A DNA stretch of 32,000 bases from Phycisphaera mikurensis NBRC 102666 (GTDB taxonomy: Bacteria; Planctomycetota; Phycisphaerae; Phycisphaerales; Phycisphaeraceae): positions 3,630,001 to 3,662,000 of the forward strand of contig NC_017080.1 in NCBI RefSeq assembly GCF_000284115.1. Direction: 5' to 3'. Within the stretch, counting starts at the first letter, position 1. Every line of letters starts with the position of its first letter. Both the position numbers and the translations under genes were made by a program. The notes below the pieces were generated by a model, which saw only the letters and a list, made by a program, of their open reading frames with translations, did no database searches and was not told the DNA's origin. Shown in pieces: positions 18,195-27,222 of this stretch.

Positions 18195-18335
18195 ACGAAA
18201 CGGTGCCGGTGGCTCGCCCCCGGCGGCGCCCGGCGGGCACCGGGAAGCTCGGCACGCTCCGCTCCCGGAGCGGGAACGCCGTGGAGCCCGCGGGCACCAA
18301 CGGCGACGGTCCGCGGGGGAGGGCACCCCCGGCGG

Positions 18336-18341
18336 TACCCT
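18336..18341 (+). promoter_or_regulatory. Putative -10 (CGG-TACCCT-C) upstream of ffh
   Basis: TANNNT in the recurring GC-flanked context, about 50 nt before the ATG. Confidence 0.25.
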
Positions 18342-18391
18342 CCCGCCCGCTCCGGTCAGAGCCGCCCTTTCCACCCGCGAAACCCTTCCCG

Positions 18392-19930
18392 ATGTTCGGC
18401 AACCTCTCCGACAAGTTCGAATCCGCCCTCCGCAAGGTCTCCGGCAAGGGAAAGATCAGCGAGGGCAACATCGCCGAGGCGATGGAGGACGTGCGCGAAG
18501 CGTTGCTGGAGGCGGACGTCGACTACGAGATCGCCGAGGCCTTCGTCGGCCGCGTGAGCCAGGAAGCGGTGGGCACGGAGGTGCTCGAGAGCGTCGATCC
18601 CGGGCAGCAGATCATCCAGATCGTCCACGAGGAGCTGGTCCGCCTGCTCGGCGGCGAGGAGGCGGTGAAGGACGACGACCCCACGGGCGGGCTGCAGGCC
18701 GGCGGGCCGGCGGACGCCATCCCGCGGGTGAGCCCCGGCCCCACGGTGGTGATGGTCGCGGGGCTGCAGGGCTCGGGCAAGACCACGACGTGCGGCAAGC
18801 TGGCCGCGGCGCTCAAGAAGCAGGGCCGGTCGGTGACGCTCGGCGCGGCGGACCTGCAGCGGCCCGCGGCGGTGACGCAGCTGCGGGTGCTGTCGGAGCA
18901 GGTCGGCTCCGACGCTTGCCCCGGCACCGGCGAGGTCTTCTTCCACGGGGAGCCGGACGCGTGCGCGGCCTACGGCGAGGCGGTGGGCGTCGCGGTGGAG
19001 GTGGCCAAGCGGGCGCTCGCGGCGGCGCGGGCGCACAAGGCGGATGTGCTGATCCTGGACACCGCCGGGCGGCTGCACCTCAACGACGAGCTGATGAAAG
19101 AGCTCAAGCGGGTGGAGAGAGCCGTCGGCCCCCACCAGGTGCTGCTCGTGCTCGACGCGATGACCGGCCAGGATGCGGTGAACTCGGCGGAGGCCTTCGA
19201 CAAGCAACTCGAGATCGACGGCGTCGTGCTCACCAAGTTCGATTCGGACACCCGCGGCGGGGCCGCGCTGTCGGTCCGCGAGGTCACCGGCAAGCCGATC
19301 CGCTTCGTGGGCACGGGGGAGACGCTCGACGCGCTGGAAGGCTTCCACCCGCGCCGCATCGCCGGACGCATCCTGGGCATGGGCGACGTCGTCTCGCTGG
19401 TGGAGAAAGCCCAGGCGGAGGTCTCCGAGGAGGAGGCCACCCGCCTGCAGGACAAGCTCGCGGCGGGCGAGATGACGATGGAGGACTTCCTCAAGCAGCT
19501 CAAGGCGCTGCGGCGGATGGGCTCGATGAAGAGCCTGCTGGGCATGCTGCCGGGGGTGGGATCGCAGCTGAAGAACCTGGACCTGGACGAGGGGCGGATC
19601 GACCGGACCGAGGCGATCATCAACTCGATGTCGACGACGGAGCGGCGGAAGGTGAAGATCCTCGACAACTCGCGGAGGCGCCGGATCGCCAAGGGCTGCG
19701 GGCAGGAGCCCGCCGACGTGAGCCAGCTCGTGAAGGGCTTCGAGATGGTCAGCCAGATGGGCCAGCTGATGGGCGGCGGCGGGACGGGGATGATGGGCAA
19801 GATGAAGGCGCTCTCGCAGATGGGCCCGGCGGCCCAGCGGGCGGCGCTGGCCGGCGGCGGCGGGGTGGGCAAGACGAGAGGCTCGACGAAGATGCCCTCG
19901 CCGAAGTACAAGAAGCGGAAGAAGCGCTAA
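18392..19930 (+). CDS. ffh: Signal recognition particle GTPase Ffh/SRP54
   Basis: VVMVAGLQGSGKTTTCGKLA, LILDTAGRLHLN, VVLTKFDSDTRGGAALS, GTGETLDALEGFHPRRIAGRILGMGD, methionine-rich M domain. Confidence 0.97.
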   Translation: MFGNLSDKFESALRKVSGKGKISEGNIAEAMEDVREALLEADVDYEIAEAFVGRVSQEAVGTEVLESVDPGQQIIQIVHEELVRLLGGEEAVKDDDPTGGLQAGGPADAIPRVSPGPTVVMVAGLQGSGKTTTCGKLAAALKKQGRSVTLGAADLQRPAAVTQLRVLSEQVGSDACPGTGEVFFHGEPDACAAYGEAVGVAVEVAKRALAAARAHKADVLILDTAGRLHLNDELMKELKRVERAVGPHQVLLVLDAMTGQDAVNSAEAFDKQLEIDGVVLTKFDSDTRGGAALSVREVTGKPIRFVGTGETLDALEGFHPRRIAGRILGMGDVVSLVEKAQAEVSEEEATRLQDKLAAGEMTMEDFLKQLKALRRMGSMKSLLGMLPGVGSQLKNLDLDEGRIDRTEAIINSMSTTERRKVKILDNSRRRRIAKGCGQEPADVSQLVKGFEMVSQMGQLMGGGGTGMMGKMKALSQMGPAAQRAALAGGGGVGKTRGSTKMPSPKYKKRKKR

Positions 19931-19987
19931 GCGGAGCCTGAACGGGCTTTGTGCGGGGGCCGGCGAGCCGGATCGGCTGCGGCCCGC

Positions 19988-19993
19988 TAAGGT
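19988..19993 (+). promoter_or_regulatory. Putative -10 (CGC-TAAGGT-GC) upstream of the HPr gene
   Basis: CGCTAAGGTGC at 19985-19995 is identical over 11 nt to 9084-9094. Confidence 0.35.
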
Positions 19994-20103
19994 GCCGGGC
20001 CTGTCTCATCGGGGGTCTCCCGATCTTTCTTCTCCTCCGGCGTTCCACCCGAACCCGCGTTCCCGAACCGCTCGCCGCCGAAGCCGGCGATGCCGCCCCC
20101 GAG

Positions 20104-20385
20104 ATGCCCACCGCCACCGCCCGCGAAACGATCGCCCACCGGCTCGGGATGCACGCCCGCCCGGCGATGGGCTTCGTCGACCTCGCCAGCGGCTTCGCCA
20201 GCGCGATCCGCGTGGGACACGCGGGCTACGACGGCGGCATGGTCGACGGGAAGAGCATCATGCACCTCATGATGCTGGCGGCGACCGAGGGCACGGTCCT
20301 GGAGATCGAGGCGGACGGGGAGGACGCGCAGGACGCGGTGGAGAAGCTCTGCGCGTTCATCCGCGGCGGCTTCGGGGAGGGGTGA
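20104..20385 (+). CDS. ptsH: HPr family phosphocarrier protein
   Basis: Active-site HRLGMHARPAMGFV and regulatory serine region GKSIMHLMMLAATEG. Confidence 0.88.
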   Translation: MPTATARETIAHRLGMHARPAMGFVDLASGFASAIRVGHAGYDGGMVDGKSIMHLMMLAATEGTVLEIEADGEDAQDAVEKLCAFIRGGFGEG

Positions 20386-20732
20386 TGCCGGGCGGCGGAG
20401 GGGGTGCGTTGGAAACCCTCGCCGCGTTCGGCCGCGAAGACGAGAAGACGGGAAGACGGGAAGGCCGCGAAGGAGAGGCAGGAGGTGAGGGGGCCTTGCG
20501 GGGCCGAAGGGCCGCGGGAACGCGTTGCTCCTGCGCTCCTGCCCTTGCACCCTCCGTCTCCTGCTTTGCCTGCTTCGCGACCTTCGCGCCTTCCGCTCTT
20601 CGCGATCGAGCGGAGCGCTGCCCGGCCGACCGACGCGGTCCATCGAAGCGCCGTCTTCCGAATCTTTAAGCTGCCGGCGTGGGGTTCTCGGACGGGCCCC
20701 GGTCGAACGGTTCCACGGAAGGACTCCGCTGC

Positions 20733-23700
20733 ATGCGCCTCGCCCGGATGACGCTCGCGGGGTTCAAGTCCTTCGCCGACAAGACGACGATCGCCTTCGA
20801 CGAGCCGGTGGTCGGCATCGTCGGGCCCAACGGCTGCGGCAAGAGCAACGTGGTCGACGGGATCAAGTGGGTGCTGGGTGATCAAAGCCCCAAAAGCCTC
20901 CGCGGCGGGGCGATGATCGACGTGATCTTCAACGGCTCCGCGAAGCGGAAGCCGGCGGGCATGGCGTCGGTGACGCTGACCTTCACGAACCCGCAGAAGA
21001 CCGGGGAACGGCCCCCGAACCCCGCGGAGATCCACCGCACGCTGCCGATCGACACCGACGAGGTGGCCGTCACGCGGGAGCTCTACCGCGACGGCACCAG
21101 CGACTACCGGCTCAACGGGAAGCGCGTGCGGCTGCGGGACGTGCGGGAGCTGTTCATGGACACCGGCGTCGGCACCGACGCGTACTCCATCATCGAGCAG
21201 GGCAAGGTGGCCCGGATGCTGGAGACCTCGGGGGCGGAGCGTCGGCAGATCTTCGAGGAGGCCGCCGGCATCTCCCGCTTCAAGGCCCGCAAGAAGGAGG
21301 CCCAGCGGAAGCTGGACCGGGCGACGGCGAATCTGACGCTGGTGTCGGCGAGGCTGGAAGAAACCGAGAAGCGGCTGCGGACGGTGAAGCTGCAGGCGGC
21401 CCGGGCCCGGAGCTTCCAGGAGGCGGACCAGCGGCTCCGGACGCTGCAGCTGGCGCACGGGCTGGCGGAGTACGGCGAGCTCTCGGCGGAGCGCGAGACC
21501 GAGCACCAGCTGCTCGAGGAGGCCGAGGCGGCGCACGCGGCGGCGGCGCGGGCGCTCGCCGAGCGGGAGGCCGCTTCGGAGGAGGCCGAGGCCGAGGCCG
21601 CCGAGGCCGAGGCGGCGCGGGCGGAGGCCCAGCGGCTGGCCTTCGAGGCGGTCAACGCGCGGGACCGGGCGCAATCGGCAGCGGTCTCGGCGAGCCGCGG
21701 GGCGGAGCAGGTACGCGAGGGGCTGGGGCGGGACACGGAGCGGCTCGCGGCGCTGCACCGCGAGCGGGAGGCGCTCGCGGCGGACGCGGCCGAGCGGGAA
21801 ACGCAGGAGCGCGAGCTGGCGGCCGCGGCGGAGGCGTTGGCGGCCGGGCTGTCCGAGGCGCAGGCGCGAGAGGCGGAGGCCCGAGCCGACGCGTCGGCGA
21901 GGCGGTCGGCGGCGGAGGCCGAACGCAGCGGGCAGAACGACCTGCTGCGGCGGGCGCAGCGCCTGGAGGATCGGCTCGCCGGGCTGGAGCGCGAGGCGCA
22001 GACGCTGGAATCGGCCCGGGCCGAGCTGGAGGGCCGCAAGGGCGAGGCGGCCTCCCGCCTCGAGGCGTTGCTGACCGAGCGAGACGCGAACGCTTCGGCC
22101 GCGGCGGAGGCGGCGGTGGTGGTGGAGCGTGAGGCGGAGGCGCTGGCGGAGGCGGAGCGTCGGGCGGACGCGCTGGACGGCGAGGCGGCGGCGCTTGCCG
22201 CACGCCTGGCGGCGAAGCGGGAGAAGCGGGCGGAGCGGGGCTCGCGCCGGGACGTGCTGCGGCAGATGGCGGCGGCGCGGGAGGGCGTCGCGGACCCGGT
22301 GAAGGCGCTGCTGCGACGCGCCTCCGGCTCCGGGTCCGGGTCCGCCGCGGCGGCGGAGCCGCGGACCGTGGAGGGAACGCCGTCGGAGCCGCCGCGGTCC
22401 GCGGACCCCGGAGGTCGTCGGAAGAAGAACAGGAAGAACCGCGGAGCCAAGCAGGCGCGGCGTGCGATGGCGCAGCGGGTGGAGCCCGCGGCCGCCGCGG
22501 TGCGGGCGGCGGAGCCCGCGCCGCCGACGCCGCGGCTCCCCGAAGGCGTCCTCGGGCTGCTCGGCGACCTGCTCGACGCGGCGGTCGCCGATGCGCCGGC
22601 CGTCGAGGCGGCGCTGGGGCACCTGCAGCAGGCCGTGGTGACCGACGGGCTGGCCCGGGCGATCGACGGGCCGGCGCCGGCCGCGGGCGCGGTCCGCTTC
22701 CTCGGGCTCGACGGGCCCGACGGCGACGCCAGCCCGCTCCCGCCGGCATTGCGGGCGCTGCCGCGCGTGCGCGACCTCGTGGCCTGCGACGCCGTGCTGC
22801 GGCCGGTGGTGGATCGCGTGCTCGGCCGGGCCCTCGTGGTGCCGTCGCTGGACGCGGCGTGGATGGTCGCGGCGGCGGCGGCGGGCTTCCCCGCGGTGCT
22901 GGTGACGCCGGCGGGCGACCGGCTCGACCCCGACGGCACGCTGGTGCGGGCGGCGGCCGGGGACGGGCACCCGTCGGCGGGCGCCGGCGGGCTCGTGCAG
23001 CGGCGGGCGGAGCTGGCCGAGCTCGACGCGGAGATCGCCGCGCTCGATGCGGCGCTGGAGGCGGACGCCGCGGCGCTCGCGGAGGCGGCCGGCGGCGTCG
23101 CCGCGCTGCGGGAGCGGGCGGTCACGCTGCGGTCGGCTCGGGCCGCGACCACGGCGAGCGTGGCGAGGCTGGAGGCGCAGGCCGCCGGCGTGGCCGAGCG
23201 GCTGGCGCGGGCGGAGCAGGAATCGCCGCGGCTCGCGGCCGAGGCCGAGAAGCTCCACGCCCGGCTCGCGGAGACCCGCGGGGACGCCACCGCGCGCCGG
23301 GCCGAAGCGGCCTCGGTCGCCGCCGACGCCGCCGCCCGCGAGGAGGCCGTGGCGCGGCTCTCGGCCGAGGCGGCGGCCGCGGGCGAGGCCGTGCGGGCCG
23401 CCGGCGAGGCGGTGACCGCGGCGCGGATCGAGGGCTCTGCGCTCGCCGAACGCCGCCAGTCCGTGGCACGCGAGGCGCGGCGGCTGGCCGAGTCCGCCGC
23501 GTTGGCCGGACGCCAGGCCGAGCAGCTTGCGACGCGGCTGGCCGAGGCCCGCCAGCGGGTGGCCACGCTGGAGGCCGAGGCCGCCGCCGCCACGGCCGAG
23601 GCCGCCGCCGCCGAGTCGGCCGTCGCCCGCCGCGAGGCCGAGCGCGACGCCGCCACCGCCGCCGCCCGCGAAGCCGCGAACCGGCGGGGCGCCGCGCGGG

Positions 23701-24788
23701 CGTCGATCGCCGACGACCGCGAGGCCGAGCGGGCCGCCGACCGCACCCGCCAGCGGCACCGCCTCACCGCCGCCGAGCTGACGACGAAGCTGACGAACCT
23801 GCGGGAGCGGCTCGGCGAGCGGCTGGAGATCGACGTGGCCGAGGCCCATCGGCAGCGGGAGCTGTTCGAGGCCGAGCAGGCCGAGGCCGCCGCGCTGGAG
23901 CGTCAACGCGAGGAAGCGGACCTGCCCCACGACCTCCACGGCGGCGTCGACTGGGGTGCCGTCGTGGCGGAGATGAAGGAGCTGCGGACCCGCATCCGCA
24001 ACCTGGGCACCGTCAACCTCGACGCCATCGGCGAGCTGGAGCAGCTGGAGGGCCGCCACGACGACCTGGCCACCCAGGTCGCCGACACCCGCGAGGCGGC
24101 CGCCGAACTCGGCGAGCTGATCGAGCGGATCAACACCGACTCCCGCGTCCGCTTCGAGCGGACCTTCGCCGAGGTGAGGGAAGCCTTCGCCGGGCAGGCC
24201 GGCATGTTCCGCCGGCTCTTCGGCGGCGGCCGCGCGGAGCTGTACCTCGAGCCGCCCGAGGGCGGCGGCGAGCCCGATCCGCTCGAGGCCGGCATCGGCG
24301 TGCGGGCGAAGCCGCCGGGCAAGGAGCCCCGCGCCCTCTCGCAGCTCTCCGGCGGCGAGAAAACGATGACGGCGATCGCGCTGTTGATGGCGATCTTCCA
24401 GAGCCGGCCGAGCCCCTACGCGATCCTCGACGAGGTGGACGCCGCGCTCGACGAGGCGAACGTCGAGCGCTTCATCGGGATCGTGCAGGGCTTCCTCGCG
24501 CACAGCCACTTCATCGTCATCACCCACCACAAGCGGACGATGCGCGGCTGCGACGCGCTCTTCGGGATCACGATGCAGGAGCGCGGCGTGAGCAAGCGCG
24601 TGAAGGTGAAGTTCGACGAGGTCGGCGAGGACGGCGCCCTCTCCGAGCAGGCCGCCGCCCGGGCCGCCGTCGCCGCCCCCGAGCCCGAGCCCGCGTCTGA
24701 GGCACCCGAGCCCACCGGCACCGAGTCGCTCCGCGAGCACCTCGCCCGGATGCGCGAGCGGGCGGTGCCGGTGCCCGTGGAGCGCTGA
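20733..24788 (+). CDS. smc: Chromosome segregation ATPase SMC
   Basis: [52 protein letters not shown]; hinge region; [53 protein letters not shown] before ATG 20733. Confidence 0.96.
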   Translation: MRLARMTLAGFKSFADKTTIAFDEPVVGIVGPNGCGKSNVVDGIKWVLGDQSPKSLRGGAMIDVIFNGSAKRKPAGMASVTLTFTNPQKTGERPPNPAEIHRTLPIDTDEVAVTRELYRDGTSDYRLNGKRVRLRDVRELFMDTGVGTDAYSIIEQGKVARMLETSGAERRQIFEEAAGISRFKARKKEAQRKLDRATANLTLVSARLEETEKRLRTVKLQAARARSFQEADQRLRTLQLAHGLAEYGELSAERETEHQLLEEAEAAHAAAARALAEREAASEEAEAEAAEAEAARAEAQRLAFEAVNARDRAQSAAVSASRGAEQVREGLGRDTERLAALHREREALAADAAERETQERELAAAAEALAAGLSEAQAREAEARADASARRSAAEAERSGQNDLLRRAQRLEDRLAGLEREAQTLESARAELEGRKGEAASRLEALLTERDANASAAAEAAVVVEREAEALAEAERRADALDGEAAALAARLAAKREKRAERGSRRDVLRQMAAAREGVADPVKALLRRASGSGSGSAAAAEPRTVEGTPSEPPRSADPGGRRKKNRKNRGAKQARRAMAQRVEPAAAAVRAAEPAPPTPRLPEGVLGLLGDLLDAAVADAPAVEAALGHLQQAVVTDGLARAIDGPAPAAGAVRFLGLDGPDGDASPLPPALRALPRVRDLVACDAVLRPVVDRVLGRALVVPSLDAAWMVAAAAAGFPAVLVTPAGDRLDPDGTLVRAAAGDGHPSAGAGGLVQRRAELAELDAEIAALDAALEADAAALAEAAGGVAALRERAVTLRSARAATTASVARLEAQAAGVAERLARAEQESPRLAAEAEKLHARLAETRGDATARRAEAASVAADAAAREEAVARLSAEAAAAGEAVRAAGEAVTAARIEGSALAERRQSVAREARRLAESAALAGRQAEQLATRLAEARQRVATLEAEAAAATAEAAAAESAVARREAERDAATAAAREAANRRGAARASIADDREAERAADRTRQRHRLTAAELTTKLTNLRERLGERLEIDVAEAHRQRELFEAEQAEAAALERQREEADLPHDLHGGVDWGAVVAEMKELRTRIRNLGTVNLDAIGELEQLEGRHDDLATQVADTREAAAELGELIERINTDSRVRFERTFAEVREAFAGQAGMFRRLFGGGRAELYLEPPEGGGEPDPLEAGIGVRAKPPGKEPRALSQLSGGEKTMTAIALLMAIFQSRPSPYAILDEVDAALDEANVERFIGIVQGFLAHSHFIVITHHKRTMRGCDALFGITMQERGVSKRVKVKFDEVGEDGALSEQAAARAAVAAPEPEPASEAPEPTGTESLREHLARMRERAVPVPVER

Positions 24789-24896
24789 CCCGACGCGGCC
24801 CCGAGCGGCCGTCGCCGCGCCCGAGGGCCACGGGCGGTTGCACGCCCGAGGGCCCGAGGATCAAAGGGCATGGCTCCGCGGTCTGAAGCGCAGCGC

Positions 24897-24902
24897 TAGG
24901 TT
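24897..24902 (+). promoter_or_regulatory. Putative -10 (CGC-TAGGTT) 6 nt before ATG at 24909
   Basis: AGCGC-TAGGTT-GATCCC-ATG. Confidence 0.55.
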
Positions 24903-24908
24903 GATCCC

Positions 24909-25805
24909 ATGCTCCCCTTCGTCAAGTACCACGGCCTGGGCAACGACTACGTGTACGTGGACGGTTTCACGCACGACGTGCCCGATCCGGCGGGGCTGGC
25001 GCGGGCGGTGTCGCCGCGGAACTTCGCGATCGGGGCCGACGGGCTGATCCTCGTGCTGCCGGCGACGCCCGGGGGCGGCGCGGCCGGTGCCCACTGCCGG
25101 ATGCGGATGTTCAACGCCGACGGCAGCGAGGGGCAGATGTGCGGGAACGGCCTCCGCTGCGTCGTGAAGTTCGCTCACGACCACGCGCTCTTCGCCGGGT
25201 CCAACGCGGCGCGGCCGATGCGGGTGGAGACCGGCGCGGGCGTGCTGGCGGTCGGCTACGACCTCGACGCGGCCGGCCGGGTGGCGACCGTGACCGTCGA
25301 CATGGGCCGGCCGATCCTCGCGCCCGAGCGTGTGCCCGTGGACGTGTCGGAGCTGGAGCCCGGCGCGGGCGAGCACGCCTGGAGGATCCCGGCGACGGAC
25401 ACGACGCCGCCGCAGGAGGCCGTCCTCGTCTCGATGGGCAACCCGCACGCGGTGCTGTTCCGCGACGACCCGCTGGACGCGGCCGAGGAGCGGCGGATCG
25501 GGGCGGCGCTGGAGCATCACCGCGCCTTCCCCGAACGGATGAACCTGCACGCCGTCCACGTCCGCGGCGGCGGCGAGGTGGACGTGGTGCACTGGGAACG
25601 CGGCAGCGGGCCGACGCTGGCCTGCGGCACCGGGGCCGCGGCGGTGTGCGTCGCGGGCGTGCTCACCGGCCGCACGCCGCACCGGATCACGACGCACCTG
25701 CCCGGCGGACCGCTCGTGCTCGATTGGGCCGAGACCACCGGCCGCGTCGCGATGACCGGCCCCGCCGTCGAAGCCTTCACCGGTGTCTGGCGCGGGCCCC
25801 TCTGA
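24909..25805 (+). CDS. dapF: Diaminopimelate epimerase
   Basis: MLPFVKYHGLGNDYVYVDG, FNADGSEGQMCGNGLRCVVKF, GNPHAVLF, ERGSGPTLACGTGAAAVCVA. Confidence 0.95.
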   Translation: MLPFVKYHGLGNDYVYVDGFTHDVPDPAGLARAVSPRNFAIGADGLILVLPATPGGGAAGAHCRMRMFNADGSEGQMCGNGLRCVVKFAHDHALFAGSNAARPMRVETGAGVLAVGYDLDAAGRVATVTVDMGRPILAPERVPVDVSELEPGAGEHAWRIPATDTTPPQEAVLVSMGNPHAVLFRDDPLDAAEERRIGAALEHHRAFPERMNLHAVHVRGGGEVDVVHWERGSGPTLACGTGAAAVCVAGVLTGRTPHRITTHLPGGPLVLDWAETTGRVAMTGPAVEAFTGVWRGPL

Positions 25806-25819
25806 CACCGGGGCGGGCA

Positions 25820-25825
25820 TACCCT
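25820..25825 (+). promoter_or_regulatory. Putative -10 (TACCCT) 6 nt before GTG at 25832
   Basis: GCA-TACCCT-GCCCCG-GTG. Confidence 0.45.
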
Positions 25826-25831
25826 GCCCCG

Positions 25832-26119
25832 GTGATCCGCCGCACGATCCACTTCACGGGCCGGGTGCAGGGCGTCGGCTTCCGCGCGTGCACGGCCTCG
25901 ATCGCGCGCAACCACGACGTGGCGGGCACCGTCGAGAACCTGCCCGACGGCCGGGTTCGGCTGGAGGTCCAGGGCGAGCGGAGCGAGCTGGACGTCTTCC
26001 TGGACGCCATCGACCGCGAGCTGGGCCGGCACGTCCGGCACCGCGAGGTGGCGGACGCGACGCCGGAGCCGAGGCTCGGCGACCCGGCGGCGCTCAACGC
26101 CTTCCGCGTGCTGCGATGA
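25832..26119 (+). CDS. acyP: Acylphosphatase
   Basis: VIRRTIHFTGRVQGVGFRACTASIARNHDVAGTVENLPDGRVRLEVQGERSELDVFLDAI: catalytic Arg (GVGFR) and Asn (ENLPDG) motifs. Confidence 0.87.
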   Translation: MIRRTIHFTGRVQGVGFRACTASIARNHDVAGTVENLPDGRVRLEVQGERSELDVFLDAIDRELGRHVRHREVADATPEPRLGDPAALNAFRVLR

Positions 26120-26125
26120 AGCGGC

Positions 26126-27133
26126 TCAGCCGCCGGCCGGGGGCCGGGCACCGGCGCGGATCGGCGCCTCGTCCGCCGGGCGGTCGACGTCGAGCCCGAA
26201 GCGGAGCAGCGTCCCGCCGGCGGTGACGTAGGCGTGCCGCTGGTCGTGGCCCAGGCAGACGTTGCTGGTCCGCTCCCCGGCGTCCGCGATTGCGAGCGGC
26301 TCGCCGTCGGGCGAGAGCACCAGCAGCCGGCCGGTCTCGAACAGCGCGACGTAGAGCCGGCCCGCCCGGTCGGTGGTCATGCCGTCGGGGTTGCCGAAGG
26401 CGGCGACGTCGGCGAAGAGCGAGGGGCCGACGAGCCCGGGCGCCGCGCCGCCGGCGGCCGGGACGACGGTGTAGCGGTGGATCTTTCGCGCCCCCTCGTC
26501 GGCGACGTAGAGCCCGACACCCGCGGGGTCCACGGCGACGCCGTTGGGGCGGACGAGGTCGCCGACGACCAGCGTCGCCTCCGCGGGCGGGCTCGCCGCG
26601 GGCAACGGGATCGCGTAGACGCCCTCGACCGCGGGCCCGCCCCCGGGTCGCGGCCCGTAGACCGGATCCGTGAAGAACAGGCCGTTGCCCGCCGCGATCA
26701 GGTCGTTGGTGAAGAACGGCCGGCCGCCGGGCACCGCCACGGCCGCCGGACGCGTCGCGCCCAGCCGCGGCGTGCCGTCCTCGCCCGCCGCGAGCTCGGT
26801 GGCCGCCACCCGGCGGTTCTTCCCCTCGCAGCGGTACAGCTCGCCACCGGCGAGGGCGAGCCCGTTCGCCCCGCCGCTGGCGGGATCGACGACGCGCGTC
26901 TGCCCGCTGTCCCGGTCGTAGAACAGGATCTTCCCGGCGGAGACGTCCGCGAACAGAACGCCGGCGCCCCGGCCGCTCTCGCCGGGCCACGCCACCGGGC
27001 CCTCCAGCCCGAGGTGGCCCTCGGAGACCGCTTCGGGTGCCCCGAGCGAGGGGAGCGCGGCCGGCTCCGCGGCGGCCGGACCCGCGGCGGCCGAGGCGAT
27101 CGCGAGGAGGAGGACGCGGAGCGTTGGGAGCAT
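26126..27133 (-). CDS. Secreted SMP-30/gluconolactonase/LRE-like beta-propeller protein
   Basis: Signal-like N-terminus MLPTLRVLLLAIASAAAGPAAA; GPVAWPGESGRGAGVLFADVSAGKI, NDLIAAGNGLFFTDPVYG, VRPNGVAVDPAGVGLYVAD, FGNPDGMTTDRAGRLYVALF. Confidence 0.87.
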   Translation of the reverse strand: MLPTLRVLLLAIASAAAGPAAAEPAALPSLGAPEAVSEGHLGLEGPVAWPGESGRGAGVLFADVSAGKILFYDRDSGQTRVVDPASGGANGLALAGGELYRCEGKNRRVAATELAAGEDGTPRLGATRPAAVAVPGGRPFFTNDLIAAGNGLFFTDPVYGPRPGGGPAVEGVYAIPLPAASPPAEATLVVGDLVRPNGVAVDPAGVGLYVADEGARKIHRYTVVPAAGGAAPGLVGPSLFADVAAFGNPDGMTTDRAGRLYVALFETGRLLVLSPDGEPLAIADAGERTSNVCLGHDQRHAYVTAGGTLLRFGLDVDRPADEAPIRAGARPPAGG

Positions 27134-27139
27134 CCCGCC

Positions 27140-27145
27140 ACGCTA
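27140..27145 (-). promoter_or_regulatory. Putative -10 (TAGCGT) 6 nt before ATG at 27133
   Basis: Reverse strand reads CCGG-TAGCGT-GGCGGG-ATG. Confidence 0.5.
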
Positions 27146-27173
27146 CCGGCCCGCGGGCCGCCGTTGGATGCGC

Positions 27174-27179
27174 TAGCTT
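27174..27179 (+). promoter_or_regulatory. Putative -10 (CGC-TAGCTT-G) upstream of the PP2C gene
   Basis: CGCTAGCTTG at 27171-27180, matching CGCTANNNTG. Confidence 0.4.
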
Positions 27180-27222
27180 GGCGGCCCGCGCCGGCCGGCG
27201 GCGCCGGTGCCGCTTCCGCCCG

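Noticed and set aside
18201-18317. Several GC hairpins between the NfeD-like gene and ffh (CGGTGCC/GGCACCG 18201-18242; CCGCTCC-C-GGAGCGG 18259-18273; CCCGCGG/CCGCGGG 18287-18317)
   Set aside because: Could be terminators or an ffh leader structure, but short GC stems are common by chance here and there is no U-tract or second copy.
19992-20669. Plus-strand ORF after HPr, including a possible MPGGGGGALETLAAFG... protein from about 20383
   Set aside because: Overlaps ptsH out of frame and then consists of low-complexity translation of the intergenic inverted repeat; no conserved motif.
20226-24740. 1504-aa open frame antisense to smc
   Set aside because: Composition-driven artefact opposite a convincing SMC protein.
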